From Felis catus (lineage: Eukaryota): a stretch of 64,000 nt of DNA. Both the position numbers and the translations under genes were made by a program. Where the stretch lies: assembly GCF_018350175.1 (NCBI RefSeq), contig NC_058368.1, forward strand, positions 19,284,001 to 19,348,000, given 5' to 3'. Shown piece after piece: positions 37,561 to 49,888 of this stretch. Numbering within the stretch: the first letter of the stretch is position 1; each line of letters starts with the position of its first letter. The notes under the pieces were generated by a model. The model was not told where the DNA came from. It made no database searches and worked only from the letters and a program-made list of their open reading frames with translations.

Positions 37561-39359
37561 TTTTCTTCTGGGGGACCACAAAAGTAGGTCATCCAAGTGG
37601 CCTAACTGGTGGGCAGTAAACTTCGGCTTCCCAAATGTTCTTGGGGATTGTCAAAAGAGAATCAGGTCAAGTGCATCTCAGTTTCGATTTTTCTCTCTCA
37701 GGAGCCAGAGTTGGTTTAATTGAAAACATAAAAAGTGACATTTAATAAAACTCTTAATTCTCAAGTGTTAAAGTTGTCTTTTGAAAAGAATGCTAGAGGA
37801 TAGAGTTGCACCTTAACAGCTGTGCTTGGTTTTCAGTACACGGGAAAAAAATGTGAATAGTTTCCCATTTGCTTTTCTTTTACGCAAAAGATACCATTTT
37901 ACAGACAAAAGTAGTGTGTGGTAATAGAAATCAGAACATAGTGGTGGCCTCTAGGGAGCAGGTGACTGGAAGGAGGCACCAGGGAACTTTGGGGATGTCA
38001 GATATGTTCTGTTGGCTGGGGTGTGAGTTACATGATCTATTACACATTTGTTAAAATGCGTCCATCTTAAGATCTGTGCATTTCACTGAAATTTTACCTC
38101 AATTTTTAAGACAAAAATACAGCATTTGCAGGTGCTTGAATCCGTCACTTAATCTTTGAAAAGATAGCACAATTCCTTGATTATCAGAGTTATCAGAGGT
38201 TGTCCGAGGTACCAAATTTGCTAAGTACTTATCTTGTCCAATAATTAATCCTATCAGTACCAATTCAATCCATCCAAGCTTTCACTGACAGAATCATCTA
38301 GTCCAACATCCATTCATCAGCTCAAGTTGGGATTTCTTTTCAAATACATGCCACAGTCCTTGGCGTTTTTGAAAGTAAAAGCTCAACATGAAGAATGGGC
38401 TTCGGAGTTACAGAAAGCTTCGTTCCAGCCCTACCTCAGTAACCTTGGCAAACACTTAATCCCTCCTCTCCCCCAGCATAAAAGGCAGAGGTGTACTGAC
38501 GTAGTGTGGTGACGAAGTGGAATATATATATAGAAAGCAGCTTGCTCTGTATTAATCTTGCAGACACACACTCTCCCTACAAATCCACCCTTGGAATTTA
38601 GGAGGACCTAAATCCAGGTACAAGTGACTGGATCAGTGCACTTGGACACTTTTTAAGTAACAGCTGTATTGAGATGCTTGGTCATTTTTGTCTCAATCAG
38701 AATTCTTGCCAGACTGTATTTCTGTCTTTGTTGCACATGTAAGGGTGTAATTTTTGGTAAAGGAACGCGGCATAGGCATGTAGGGAAAAAAAGCTTCCAA
38801 AAGAACAGTGATATGGTCTTGCTGGGATTAATTAAAACAAGCTGCTGTCAAGGTACCTTTAATTCTCTTTCAGGGTCAGTGACTGGTCTAGTAATTTTGT
38901 GCAGATTGTGTAAAACGCATTCACAATCTCAACAGTGTCCTTTATACACATGGAGAGATCTTTTATTTCCTCAGATAATGCTCTGAGAGAAAAGCTTTAA
39001 CTGACTCATGATTATCAGGACTCAAGGAAGAACACAAATGACCCAATTTTCACACTGTAATAACAAGATCTTACACGTGTGTTAACCTGATTTCTGGCGT
39101 GCTTCCCACATCATGGATATGCCCCATGTCATGTAAGACACAGTATCTCAGACGGGCTGAGTCCTGACAAGTCTGGTTGAGAAACCTCTTGGGCATATGG
39201 TAAAGGACACAGACTTAGGTTTGCGAGTAAATTCATGACACATCATAATCCAAAAATCATTCAAGTATTCAGCTAATACTTAACTAGGAACCTACCATGT
39301 ACAATCACTGACCGAAACCAGAAAAGATTTAAAAGATTCAATTATATGAATCTTTGAGC

Positions 39360-39572
39360 TTTATTTTTTTTTAATGTTCTTATTTATTTTTGAAGGAGAG
39401 AGACAGCATGAGCGGGGGAAGAGCAGAGAGAGAGGGAGACACAGAATCCAAAGCAGGCTCCAGGCTCTGAGCTGTCAGCACAAAGCCCGATGCGGGGCTC
39501 AAACTCATGAACTGTGAGATATGACCTGAGCTGAAGTCGGATGTTTAACCGACTGAGCCACCGAGGCGCCCC
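39360..39572 (-). mobile_element. SINEC (between the two genes)
   Basis: TSD tgaatctttga. Confidence 0.92.
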
Positions 39573-40443
39573 TTGAATCTTTGAACTTTAAAGAAACCCA
39601 ATTCCTCTATTTTTTTATGGCTCCAAGACAAAATATAGTCATGTACACAGGACAGATAATAACTATTATGGAATTTAGAAATAGAGTCATATACTGAAAA
39701 CAGATTTTTCTAAAGCAGGTAGGAATGAGCACAGTATGATAATTGGGGTGGAGATGGAGAAGTGAATGGGGAAACAGTTAAGAAAGGGAAGCCTGCAGAG
39801 TCAAAGGAAGTATGCCCCAGGAATGGGAAGGGGCACACCTCATGCTGTTCCTCTAACCCAACAGCCTCCACTTACTGACGATCTCTTGGTCCTTGTGAGC
39901 CTAGTTTATGAGGCTCTTCCTCTCCCACAAGAACTCAAGGATCCTCCTTCTGTCTTGCACAGCATGTACCTGTGCCCCTTCCATGACACGTGCTTCATTC
40001 CATCTTCAGGTAAGGTTGTTTACATGTCTATTTCCCTAACTGCGCCACCCTTTTAAAGGCGGGGACTGTATCTTATTCATTTTGTTTCCACCCCCCACCG
40101 GTGGCCCACGTAATTCCTCACACAGTCAATATGGATTTTTAACAAAAAATTTTTTTATTGAATTGAATGGGAGATAAAGTAGGATAAATGGAGCCAGGTT
40201 ATAAATAGGTATATACATGAGAGTTCATTCATTCAGTTAATATTTATTGAATGCTTATTATGTGCCAGGTTCTGTTCTAGGCTCTGAGGATATCTCCACA
40301 AACACACCAGACAAAAAGCTCTCCCCTTACAGAGCTCACACTCTAGATCTGTCTTAATAAGGGATGGGATTAGCAAATAAATTCACAGAAATTCAACCAT
40401 AACTCTTGGCCAAAAAACAAAAACAAGACACACATTTAAATAG

Positions 40444-40449
40444 TTTAAT
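40444..40449 (-). terminator. Candidate distal VPS36 poly(A) signal ATTAAA (3' UTR about 3.2 kb)
   Basis: ATTAAA followed on the minus strand by the GT/T-rich tract tgtgtgtcttgtttttgtttttt. Confidence 0.55.
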
Positions 40450-41002
40450 TATTGGTGTTATAAATGTCTACTGTTGCTATGTAGTTTTTATTGTATATTG
40501 TACTTACTATATTCATAATATATTCATACCCATGTGTCACTCTATAGGGATTCTACCTGTAAGACAATATAAAGAACTTCACTGGCAATTTAAGAGTTTC
40601 AGGGATCATTTTAAGCATGCTTGATTTCATTCCAAGGCACAGTCTTTAAAAATCTAACCAGCTTATAGGTGTGACTCTACTGTACCAAAATGAAAACGCT
40701 GATATTGTTGGGCAGAACATGAGAATGACCACCTGATGAATCCACGTCTGGCCAGGCGAGTCTGGTTATAGGGAACCAATACTTGGAGAGACAGTACATT
40801 CACGAGAATGCACAAGGTTAGTCAACCATGAAATTGACATCAAGAATTAAAAAAAAAATTTTCATGAGCCATTTCCCATTCTTTTAGAACAACTAAAACA
40901 GTAAGATCTTGAGGTCAAAAATAAAGAAAAAATGTTTAACGTACTGGCTTATTCTGATTAAAAGTTTATCATTTTCGTATGTTTTTCAAAGAGTATTTTA
41001 AA

Positions 41003-41217
41003 TAATTTTTTTTTCAACGTTTATTTATTTTTGGGACAGAGAGAGACAGAGCATGAACGGGGGAGGGGCAGAGAGAGAGGGAGGCACAGAATCGGAAGCA
41101 GGCTCCAGGCTCTGAGCCATCAGCCCAGAGCCCGACGCGGGGCTCGAACTCACAGACCGCGAGATCGTGACCTGGCTGAAGTCGGACGCTTAACCGACTG
41201 CGCCACCCAGGCGCCCC
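41003..41217 (-). mobile_element. Young felid SINEC in the putative VPS36 3' UTR
   Basis: 16-bp TSD caaagagtattttaaa. Confidence 0.95.
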
Positions 41218-43657
41218 ACAAAGAGTATTTTAAAAAGAACACCAAGGTAAGAAAAATCATTTACAAGTTTTCCAGTAATTTTACTCTATATACATTAATT
41301 CCAATCATTTAATCCTGAAAACAACCTTCACTTGTACAGTGTAAAAAAATCTTTGATAGTGACTAGAAAAATTCCATTATCATAAAGCTACAAATTTATG
41401 CTCCTAAGAGCAAAGTTAGTAAAGCAAAAATAATAATTATACCAGTGATAAGCACCGAGATGAATTTTTTTTGCATTTAGGGCCTGATTGGTTGTATTTA
41501 AACATAACTTCTACCAATAGAAGACCAAGATAACATCTTATTTGGCAAAAAAAAAAAAAAAAAAAAAAAAAAGGAGGGGGAGGGTGGGTGGAATCAAAAA
41601 TATACATGTATAAGTCTAGAAACAGTGAAGAATGCCCACTTTAACAGTAAAATCAATCATACTTGTTTTCTAATTAAAGTGACATGTGCAAAATATAGTC
41701 ACGTCACTTTTCTTCCTCCTAGTTCACTTTATACAATTTAGACTGCTCCATTTCTGTTAATGTGTTGTCACACTAATGTAAATAAATATGTTGAACTGTG
41801 GGAGTTTGCTGTAATGAATCCAAATCATAAGAGCTAGATCCAGTAGCTCAAACAATCTCAATTGCAATTCATTCCAACTGCTGAAACAGATTATTATTTA
41901 CCTTTGTAATTTCTGAAAAACCTTAGCCAGATGAGACATCATGTGTGTAAGCGTGTGTGCAAGTGCATATGAACATGCATGTACAAGTCTGCCAGAGCAG
42001 TGTGAGTGTGACCCAGAAACAGGAGTGCCACACAAACAAATCTACACGATGGCCTGAAAGACACGGGGCCATTGTTTGGCTAGACACTGAATTCTCCCAA
42101 AACAAACCTGAGGCTGAACAATGAGGACATTAGGGGCTATCTGTCATCACAATACAGAATGAGCGACAAGTTTGGAAAATGAAGACATTCCCGTAACGCT
42201 GGAGGATGTGAAGCAGCAACAGCCACTTTTGCAGGCGGGGATCAGAGACTGACTCTGGCTGCAGTGGGAGGGATTCCCTGGGTCTACAGCTGAGGATCCC
42301 TGCAACTCCCCAAAGGGCATCTGCAGGGGGCCCTCCACCTCACTCAGTGACATCTTAGGGATCCCAGAGCTTAAGCCTGGGTATCCCCACCTGCTGGTCA
42401 CCATGGGTCTCTCAGTGCAGACACTATCCCTTCTGGAGGCTTGGCCGAAAACCATCCCTGCTTCCCACTTTCGACGCAGTCTTAGAAGGGGATCTCTTTG
42501 CGTCCCTGTGGGGTCCCTGAGTTTGAGGTAATGCCAACACACCGACATATGAAGTCAGGCGGTCCATTTTAGAACTCACACAATCGAAATTCAGGAGTAG
42601 CCAGTTTTTGTTATCTTGGTAATACTTGTTAGTGACATAGTTTCTCAACACAGCTTCTAATATATGGGGTAAAGAAAAAAAATATTGCTGGGATATGAAA
42701 TATTTTTTTAAAGTGCAGTGTTGAAACTCCTTAAGAGTAGGAAAAGGAGACCAATTACTTGTCCCCTTTCAATGTTCCTGTCCTTGGCTTTCCAGGTCAA
42801 AGAGCACCAAGGTTCCTGTTTAAGCGACCTAAAGGTTCTCCGGGCCCCTCCCCCACACAACCTTAGGGAATTCCTGAACCCTCTAAGTTCCAAATTTGTA
42901 ATCACATCTCTGGGCGTGTCTATACAGCTCATTAATTCAGTTTCAAAATCCACAGCATTTGTAAAACAAAATGACATAGTTGCATTCTTTAAATGCCAGC
43001 TATGAAATCATTACTTGGAAAAAAAAACTAGTCAGACTATACATACGTAAGTCAAATACAACTCTCTCCTTTTTTAAGGTGTCTGTTGAAGACATGCTTA
43101 TAACTGCTTCTAAAGAAAAGCCCTTACTTAGGAGAAGCCTCATGTGGCGTTCTGTGGTTTCACGTCCTGTTCAGTGTTGTCAGTTAAGCTACACTGTACG
43201 TATGACTTGCTTCATGAACCCTCTCCCATAATGGGCACATTAGATGCAGAGGAAAAACTTTGTTTATAATTCAGTGAATCTTAGTCACACCAGAAAAATG
43301 ATCTAACCTGTCCAAACACTCAACTTCTTCCCCATTAATAACTAAATTCCCTTCTTTAAAAAAACAGATTTGAGGATCAAGTTAAAATTCACCATATTTC
43401 AAGTTAAACCCTGAAGGCTCTATACAACTGTAGCATGATTTCCAACTCACTGTGGCATTCAGTTTTCTGTATTTTCCTATATTTATCCTAAGTAAACTTC
43501 CTGGACCGTAATATTTAGGGAGAAATTAAAAGGGTTTTATATTATAGTGTAAAGTTCCAGAAATTCTCAGTTCATCAAGGTTTACTCTGAGCTCAATGTC
43601 ATACAACCTCTACATGATACAAGTGTATGGACAAGAAGTATTTTAAATCCAAAACCC

Positions 43658-43751
43658 TTAGCTCTGTGTCATAAATAAATTTGGGTAAAACCGCAAGCCT
43701 TCCACTGAATCATCTCGGCAAAGGTGGCCCATCTTCTCTGCCAGAAGCAAC
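43658..43751 (-). CDS. VPS36: VPS36 exon 14 coding part ([30 protein letters not shown])
   Basis: cctag|G, TAA stop at 43658-43660; C-terminus recognised; follows an 83-nt intron. Confidence 0.96.
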
Positions 43752-43834
43752 CTAGGAGTCAAGGGGAAAACCACAATCATCTGTCCATTCAGAAACACAA
43801 ACACAGTTGTAATGAAGACCAAGGACTCGCTTAC

Positions 43835-43911
43835 CTTTCCTTAGCCAGGAGAACAGACATTCCCACCAGCTTAGCAAACTCTTCTGATGTCAAGGATCCC
43901 TTTTCTGAAAC
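43835..43911 (-). CDS. VPS36: VPS36 exon 13 ([25 protein letters not shown])
   Basis: gttag|GTT…GAAAG|gtaagc, 77 nt. Confidence 0.96.
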
Positions 43912-44696
43912 CTAACAGAAACACAGCAGGAAAAAAATATAATTTGGCCACCTAGGTACTAACCTAGGGAGAATGTCTACCATTATGCTCAGGAAATAAT
44001 ATATTGAATTTCCTAATAAAACTCAAGAATATTCAATATTGAACTAAATCTTCTTCATTAATGCTCAATTCTACAAATGCGGAAGGGCCCAGAATGAATA
44101 CAGCAGAGCCTAAAACATCACGAAGCCCTCTACAAAGTTACAAAGGCACTGTACTCAACCCCCAAAATAACCCTTGATATTCTGAAAAGGAACATATAAT
44201 AAATTCTAATGGAGTACATACTGCATGTCCCACATATAGGGTCCTTATATATAGGTTTAGCTTAAAATATACAGTAGAAATATCTATAGTCGTGAGGTTT
44301 TCCTCTAATTTAAAATAAATGTAATAAATATTTAAATTAGGCAGGCTCGCCACAGAGGCTATGAAGGCAGTAATGTTTCAAGTCTCCTAATGAGTAACAG
44401 CAGCAGTTTGGCTGGTAAAATCCATCTAAACTACAGTGCCTTTTCGTGTTTTTTTGAAGCAATTATTTCATAAAACAACTTGTGATGTTTTATAAGACTG
44501 TTTATGTAGGTGGTACTGAAAGAAAAAGTTCAGTCAAGGGTAACATTCTGATGAACAAAGTTAAAAACCTGTCCACAAGACTGAGTTTCAAACAAAAAGA
44601 TAACACCTCAGGAATTCTAATTCTCCTTGGCAAGTCTCAAAAAGCTTTAAAAGTATCATTTTGATTAGTATTCACTCATGTTAATAGGTGTTTTTA

Positions 44697-44922
44697 TTTT
44701 TTTTTTTAAAATTTTTTTTCAACGTTTATTTATTTTTGGGACAGAGAGAGACAGAGCATGAACGGGGGAGGGGCAGAGAGAGAGGGAGACACAGAATCGG
44801 AAACAGGCTCCAGGCTCCGAGCCATCAGCCCAGAGCCTGACGCGGGGCTCGAACTCACGGACCGCGAGATCGTGACCTGGCTGAAGTCGGACGCTTAACC
44901 GACTGCGCCACCCAGGCGCCCC
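44697..44922 (-). mobile_element. Very young felid SINEC in VPS36 intron 12
   Basis: Intact A and B boxes; TSD taataggtgttttta. Confidence 0.95.
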
Positions 44923-45055
44923 TAATAGGTGTTTTTAATTGGGTCTACAAACATTACTTTTTAGAAAAATTAAATTCAAAAGGAAAGCCTGTTTCTCAAG
45001 TTGCTATGGAGTCACGTCTTGGTGGGCCGACTAATGAGGAAACTGGTTCACTTAC

Positions 45056-45140
45056 GGTCTCCAAGGCTGAGGCCACCATTTCCTCTTCCTTGTGGGACTG
45101 AAGCTCAATTACCATGACGCCACTGTCAAAAACTCGGAGC
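45056..45140 (-). CDS. VPS36: VPS36 exon 12 ([28 protein letters not shown])
   Basis: ttcag|G…ACC|gtaagt, 85 nt. Confidence 0.96.
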
Positions 45141-45751
45141 CTGAAAACCGCAGATGGGAAAACCAAGCTGTGAGTATCTAGGATCTTCAACCACTAAGGA
45201 GGTACAAATATCCTGTACTTTCTTTTATGCTGGACATGAGGGCAGTATTAACACAAAACAGCATCTAAAACATAACAACCACAGGCAATTACAGCATAAC
45301 TAGGAACTCACGAATAAATACAGTTAATAACATTATGAACTATAATCCACAGGCTAAATAAAATATGTCTGGCGCTTTTTTTTTTTTTAATCTGAAGGGA
45401 GGAAAATACAATTCACAGCTGAACATCTGTAGTTTTAAATCTCCAGAAACAAGCACGAAACGTCTAGCAGAGGGGCTGGTTATTCTGACCCCATAGGAGA
45501 GCCCACATTCTTCTTTCATTGCCCCAAATCAACAAGAGTTGGCCCACTAGCCCCTCAGGCCATGTACAGCCCCGATAAGGAGGGAAGCTAGGAGAACAAG
45601 TGATTTCTGCTCACACGGTATAATTCCCAGAGGGGCGATGTGTTGGTTCACCACGCACAGACCTGTGTGGGCAGACCTGGCAGGGTTTTCCTGTCTACTG
45701 TGTGAGGAACAGTGGCTCAAGCTGGCACGCTTCCTGCAGAGGTTCTTTTAC

Positions 45752-45816
45752 CTGAGAGGTAACTGTAGTGCTTCCAGCATCTTGCATGCATTCACTAGAT
45801 CTTCTGGTGAGAGCAA
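45752..45816 (-). CDS. VPS36: VPS36 exon 11 (LLSPEDLVNACKMLEALQLPL)
   Basis: attag|TTG…CTCAG|gtaaaa, 65 nt. Confidence 0.95.
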
Positions 45817-46009
45817 CTAATAGGAAAGAAAATCCAGTTTATACTACAAATTAACAGAGTGATGCTCGTGTGTTCAAGGCCCATGGTGGGTGTGGAGTCT
45901 ATTTTTTTTTTTTTAATTTAAAATAAATAAATAAATAAATAATCATTTAGCAAGGCTTTCATGTTGCCTTAATCACCACAAGGAAAAAAGGATTAACAAA
46001 GAAGCGAAG

Positions 46010-46330
46010 CAGTGCTATCCGACAGAAAGCAATGCAAGCCGTATATGTAACTCTAAGTCTTCTAGTAGTCATATTAATAAAATAAAAAGAAACAGGTGAA
46101 ATTAATTTTAAAACATGTATTTTACTTAAGCCAATAAATCTAAAACATCAACATATAATCAATATAAAAATTATCAATGAGATATTTAACACTTCTTTCT
46201 TCTGTACCGAGTCTTTAAATCTGGTGTGTAATTTACACTTACAGCATATCTCAGTTTGGATTAGGTGTATTTCAAGTTCACAGTCGTCACATGTAGCCAG
46301 CTAGTGGCCACCCTTCCAGACCCATGCAAC
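46010..46330. mobile_element. hAT-Charlie relic (MER33/MER3-like)
   Basis: cagtgctatccgacaga…aaaaagaaacaggtgaaattaatttta…cacatgtagccagctagtggccac. Confidence 0.75.
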
Positions 46331-47208
46331 CTTAAAGAATCAGCCCCCTGTGGCGTTTGACAAATACAGCTTTGAGTCATAGGCCCAGCCTGGGTCCAAA
46401 TGCCTGTCAAACCTCTATTTCCAGGTGCAGCTTTGGTCAAATAATTTAATCTCTGGAAGACTCGAGTTCCTCATCCTCATATTATCCCCAAGACGGGGAC
46501 AGTAAAAGCAGCTGCCTCACTGAGGTACTGGGAGGCCTGGTCAGTAGGAGGTACTCACTGACAGCAGTCTTGAGGACTATTCAAATAAAAACAGAGCAGA
46601 GGCTTTGCTCGTGCACCTGGGGTGGGCGCTTGAAAGATGTAGGAGTTCTCTGCACAGAGGTGACTGCTGACACCGCAAAACTGTTTGACTGAAGGGCACA
46701 AAGAGTGCACGGACCATACACATGTGGGTGTGAAGGGGCAATGAGAGCTGAAGAGCAGCCACTGCTGATTCACGGCCAAAGGCAGAGGGCAGCTTTCCCT
46801 CTGTTTCTCTCCAGGCCATCTGTGTCCCCCCAGTTAGTCCAAACACTGAACTGTCACAGGGAAAAGGCCTCATACACAACCTTACTAATCACAATACCAA
46901 CACAGAATATTAAAGCCAGAAGGTATCAATCAGTCCAAATCCTTGTTTTAGACGTAGGACAACCGAGTCTCAGTGAAGTTAAGTAAGCTACTCAAGGTCA
47001 ATCAGCATGTCACTGGTAAAACCAGGAAGAGCGCTTACCTCCTAGATCCCCAGGGCAGGACAGCATTCTTGTCACTGCACCACACTGCTTCTCAGATGGT
47101 TTTGATATTCTCAACCCTTCCTCAAATTGTATTCACTGCAGGGGAACTTGTATTATGTTAAGAAAGTCTATATTTAGTTAAAAGAATATCTAAATGTTCT
47201 ATTCTTAC

Positions 47209-47274
47209 CTCCATTCCTCGAGCTCGGTTTACTAAACAGTATACCTCCGTAAGTGACATTATTCCCCCTCGTTC
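47209..47274 (-). CDS. VPS36: VPS36 exon 10 ([22 protein letters not shown])
   Basis: aacag|GAA…GAG|gtaaga, 66 nt. Confidence 0.95.
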
Positions 47275-47599
47275 CTGTTAAAATACGAAATTTAAAAAGT
47301 ATTATGTTATAGTTCACACAAGTTATCATTCCTTAACAGAAATCATAAGCAGAGTGAAATCAGGATTCATAAAATTTCCTAAGAAGCCTTTTAAAAACTA
47401 AATTTGCACACAGGAAAACCTAGCCAGATACGTGAAGCATTTCAAATTCAGTATTTGGACTTTAACATCATTATTACTGTTTCGACATTTACATAAATGA
47501 AAAGAGGGCCTCTACACCAAGTTTCAAAAAGTGTATTTAAATGTTTTGAGTTACTACAACTAATAAATGAAAAAATTATAGAATTAAATGGCAATATCA

Positions 47600-48490
47600 C
47601 CATCGTAATCTCTAATGAAGTAACAGATCTAGACATTGAGTGTTAGTAGCTGCTAACATCACACAAAAAAAGACAGACATTCTATACCTGCTGACGGAAA
47701 TGCACAGCACCCTCTATGAAATATCCAGCAGGAAAAAAAAGAAAAAAAGAACTTCTAGATATAACTACCAGTCTACAGGGAATACATAAGGCAGGGAAGT
47801 ATGTTAACATACAAGTCAGCAAAATCCAGACTCTGAGACACTCTATAAGAAAAACCACTAGTTTCTTCAATAAATAAATTTTATAGGAGAGAAAAAAAGA
47901 GGAGAGGGAAACCCATGGAATTTAAAAAAAAAAAAAAAAAACAAAACCACCTGGATGGCAAATCAACCAATTGCAAAGTATCCAGATTTGAACAAACTAA
48001 CTATAAGAAAAAATGTGAACACTAAGTAGATATTTGATTATATTGAAAATAATTTTTAATTTGTGAAATGGGATTATAATAACATTACAGGCATCTTTAT
48101 CATTGTAATTACATACTCAAAAATTTACAGATAAAGTAATGTGATATCTTGGATTTGCTTTAAAATAATATTTTTTAAATGTTTATTTATTCACTTTGAG
48201 AGAGTGCGTGAGTGTGGGCCTGCGAGTCGGGGAGGGGCAGAGAAGAAGAGAGACAATCCAAGCAGGCTCTGCACTGTCAGTGTATAGCCCTACACAGGGC
48301 TCAAACACGCCAACTGTGAGATCATCACCTGAACTGAAATCAAGAGTCAGGACACTTACCGACTAAACCACCTAGGTGCCCCTGCTTTAAAATAATTTCC
48401 AGTGGACAATGTTTACAGATAAACCTGGATGACGGACATGCAGGGATTCATTATATTTTTCTTATTTTGTCATGTTGGAAATACTTCTTA
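47600..48490 (+). mobile_element. Old L1M 3' remnant with nested SINEC
   Basis: L1M 3' UTR-like text (gcaaaatccagact…gatatcttggatttgctttaaaata…ggattcattatat). Confidence 0.55.
48170..48382 (-). mobile_element. SINEC (older)
   Basis: TSD tgctttaaaataat. Confidence 0.88.
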
Positions 48491-48891
48491 ATATGAGTGC
48501 TTTAATAAGTAAAGTTTTGATTGCCTGAGTCATGTTAGAAGATATATCTGTGTTATCAAATTATAACGGTACACTATATATTCAGACTAGAAAAATAGAA
48601 ATATATGTAAACATCTAGAGATCATATGTTTCCTTTTGAAAACAGGACAGAAGAAAAACTTTATATCAAATACATTTAGGAAGTTACAGATATCTGAAAT
48701 GGGAATTGAAAACAACTTAGATTTTGACAAAAAAAAAAAAAAACCCACTAATTTAATATTCCTGAACAAAAAATAACGTGTTGGTTGAATAGTAACCATA
48801 CTATGAAAGGAGTTAAACTCTTGTTAAGATTTCTGATGACACGGAGATAATTTAACACAACCGAAAGAGACCACTCAGGTTTTGTTTTTAC

Positions 48892-49026
48892 CTCCAGCGG
48901 CGCCTGCAGTATCCCAGCCAGCTGTTTGGCCAGCTGCATGTGGTACTGTGTGCCCGAGCCGCAGGTCTCTCTGGTAACTGGGTTAGCTATTCCCATGCTC
49001 AGCAAATAGGATTTAAACCTGATGGT
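48892..49026 (-). CDS. VPS36: VPS36 exon 9 ([45 protein letters not shown])
   Basis: tatag|ACC…GAG|gtaaaa, 135 nt. Confidence 0.96.
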
Positions 49027-49656
49027 CTATAATCAGAGAAAATGCACAAAAAGACTAAAAAGCAGAATTAGTCTTTCCACCCCAACATTGAAAATCTTTC
49101 TATCATAAATTCAATTCTACTCAATTACATCTGTATCTACCCATTTCTTCTACTGTGTTTTGACAGTGTGAATTCTAAGAAAGTGGATTTCCAGTAGTTC
49201 CCTGTGTGAAGCTAATTCTTCTTCTTTTTTCTATCTTGATATCTCATACTCCACTGAACTCATGAGTTTGGTGTGAGAAGCGGCTAGGGAGCAACTATGC
49301 TGTATTTAATGCCAACCAAATGATAGAGCCAAAAACTTAGAAAGGAAAATGGCTGTGACCAGATTGTACTGAAATTTACCGAAACAAGTATCAAATTTAT
49401 GGATATGTATAAAACAACCACTCCTTCCACATTTCAATATCTCTCGTTTCCACACTCTAAGAGAATGTACAGAAGTATCCTTTAATCCTACTAGAACCAG
49501 CAAAGTTTTTATGGTTGACTTTTTCGTCAGCACTTTCATATACTCGCAAGTCCTAAAAGAAAACACTCCATTAAGAAAGAAACTGCTAAACCACTGAAAC
49601 ATCACTGTCATTTGTGTAACCTGGTTTCTAATGCCTTAAAAAAGCAATCTATTTAC

Positions 49657-49734
49657 CTCATCTTCTGTGATGTCACCTTGCTTGTCTTTAATCTTATTAG
49701 CAATTGATTTTGATAACTCCACCATTTCCTTAGC
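49657..49734 (-). CDS. VPS36: VPS36 exon 8 ([26 protein letters not shown])
   Basis: cacag|GCT…GAG|gtaaat, 78 nt. Confidence 0.95.
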
Positions 49735-49855
49735 CTGTGAAGAGAACAGAAAAAGGCTGAAAAAAAAAAGTCCCCAAAGTGCCTTGCTAACAAAACACAA
49801 GTTCAAAACTTACATCATAATTGGTAAGAATTTAATAGGTATAAGTTACATATAC

Positions 49856-49888
49856 CTTGACCATTAGCTTGCTGAGGTCTTCAAAGGC
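49856..49888 (-). CDS. VPS36: VPS36 exon 7 (AFEDLSKLMVK)
   Basis: ttcag|GCC…AAG|gtatat, 33 nt. Confidence 0.94.

Noticed and set aside
36646..37723. Several 150-275 aa ORFs
   Set aside because: Low-complexity G/A/P/R translations of the CpG island, mostly with non-ATG starts
42147..42651. GC-richer block with 133-aa and 75-aa ORFs in the VPS36 3' UTR
   Set aside because: No recognisable homology or repeat structure; nothing supports coding
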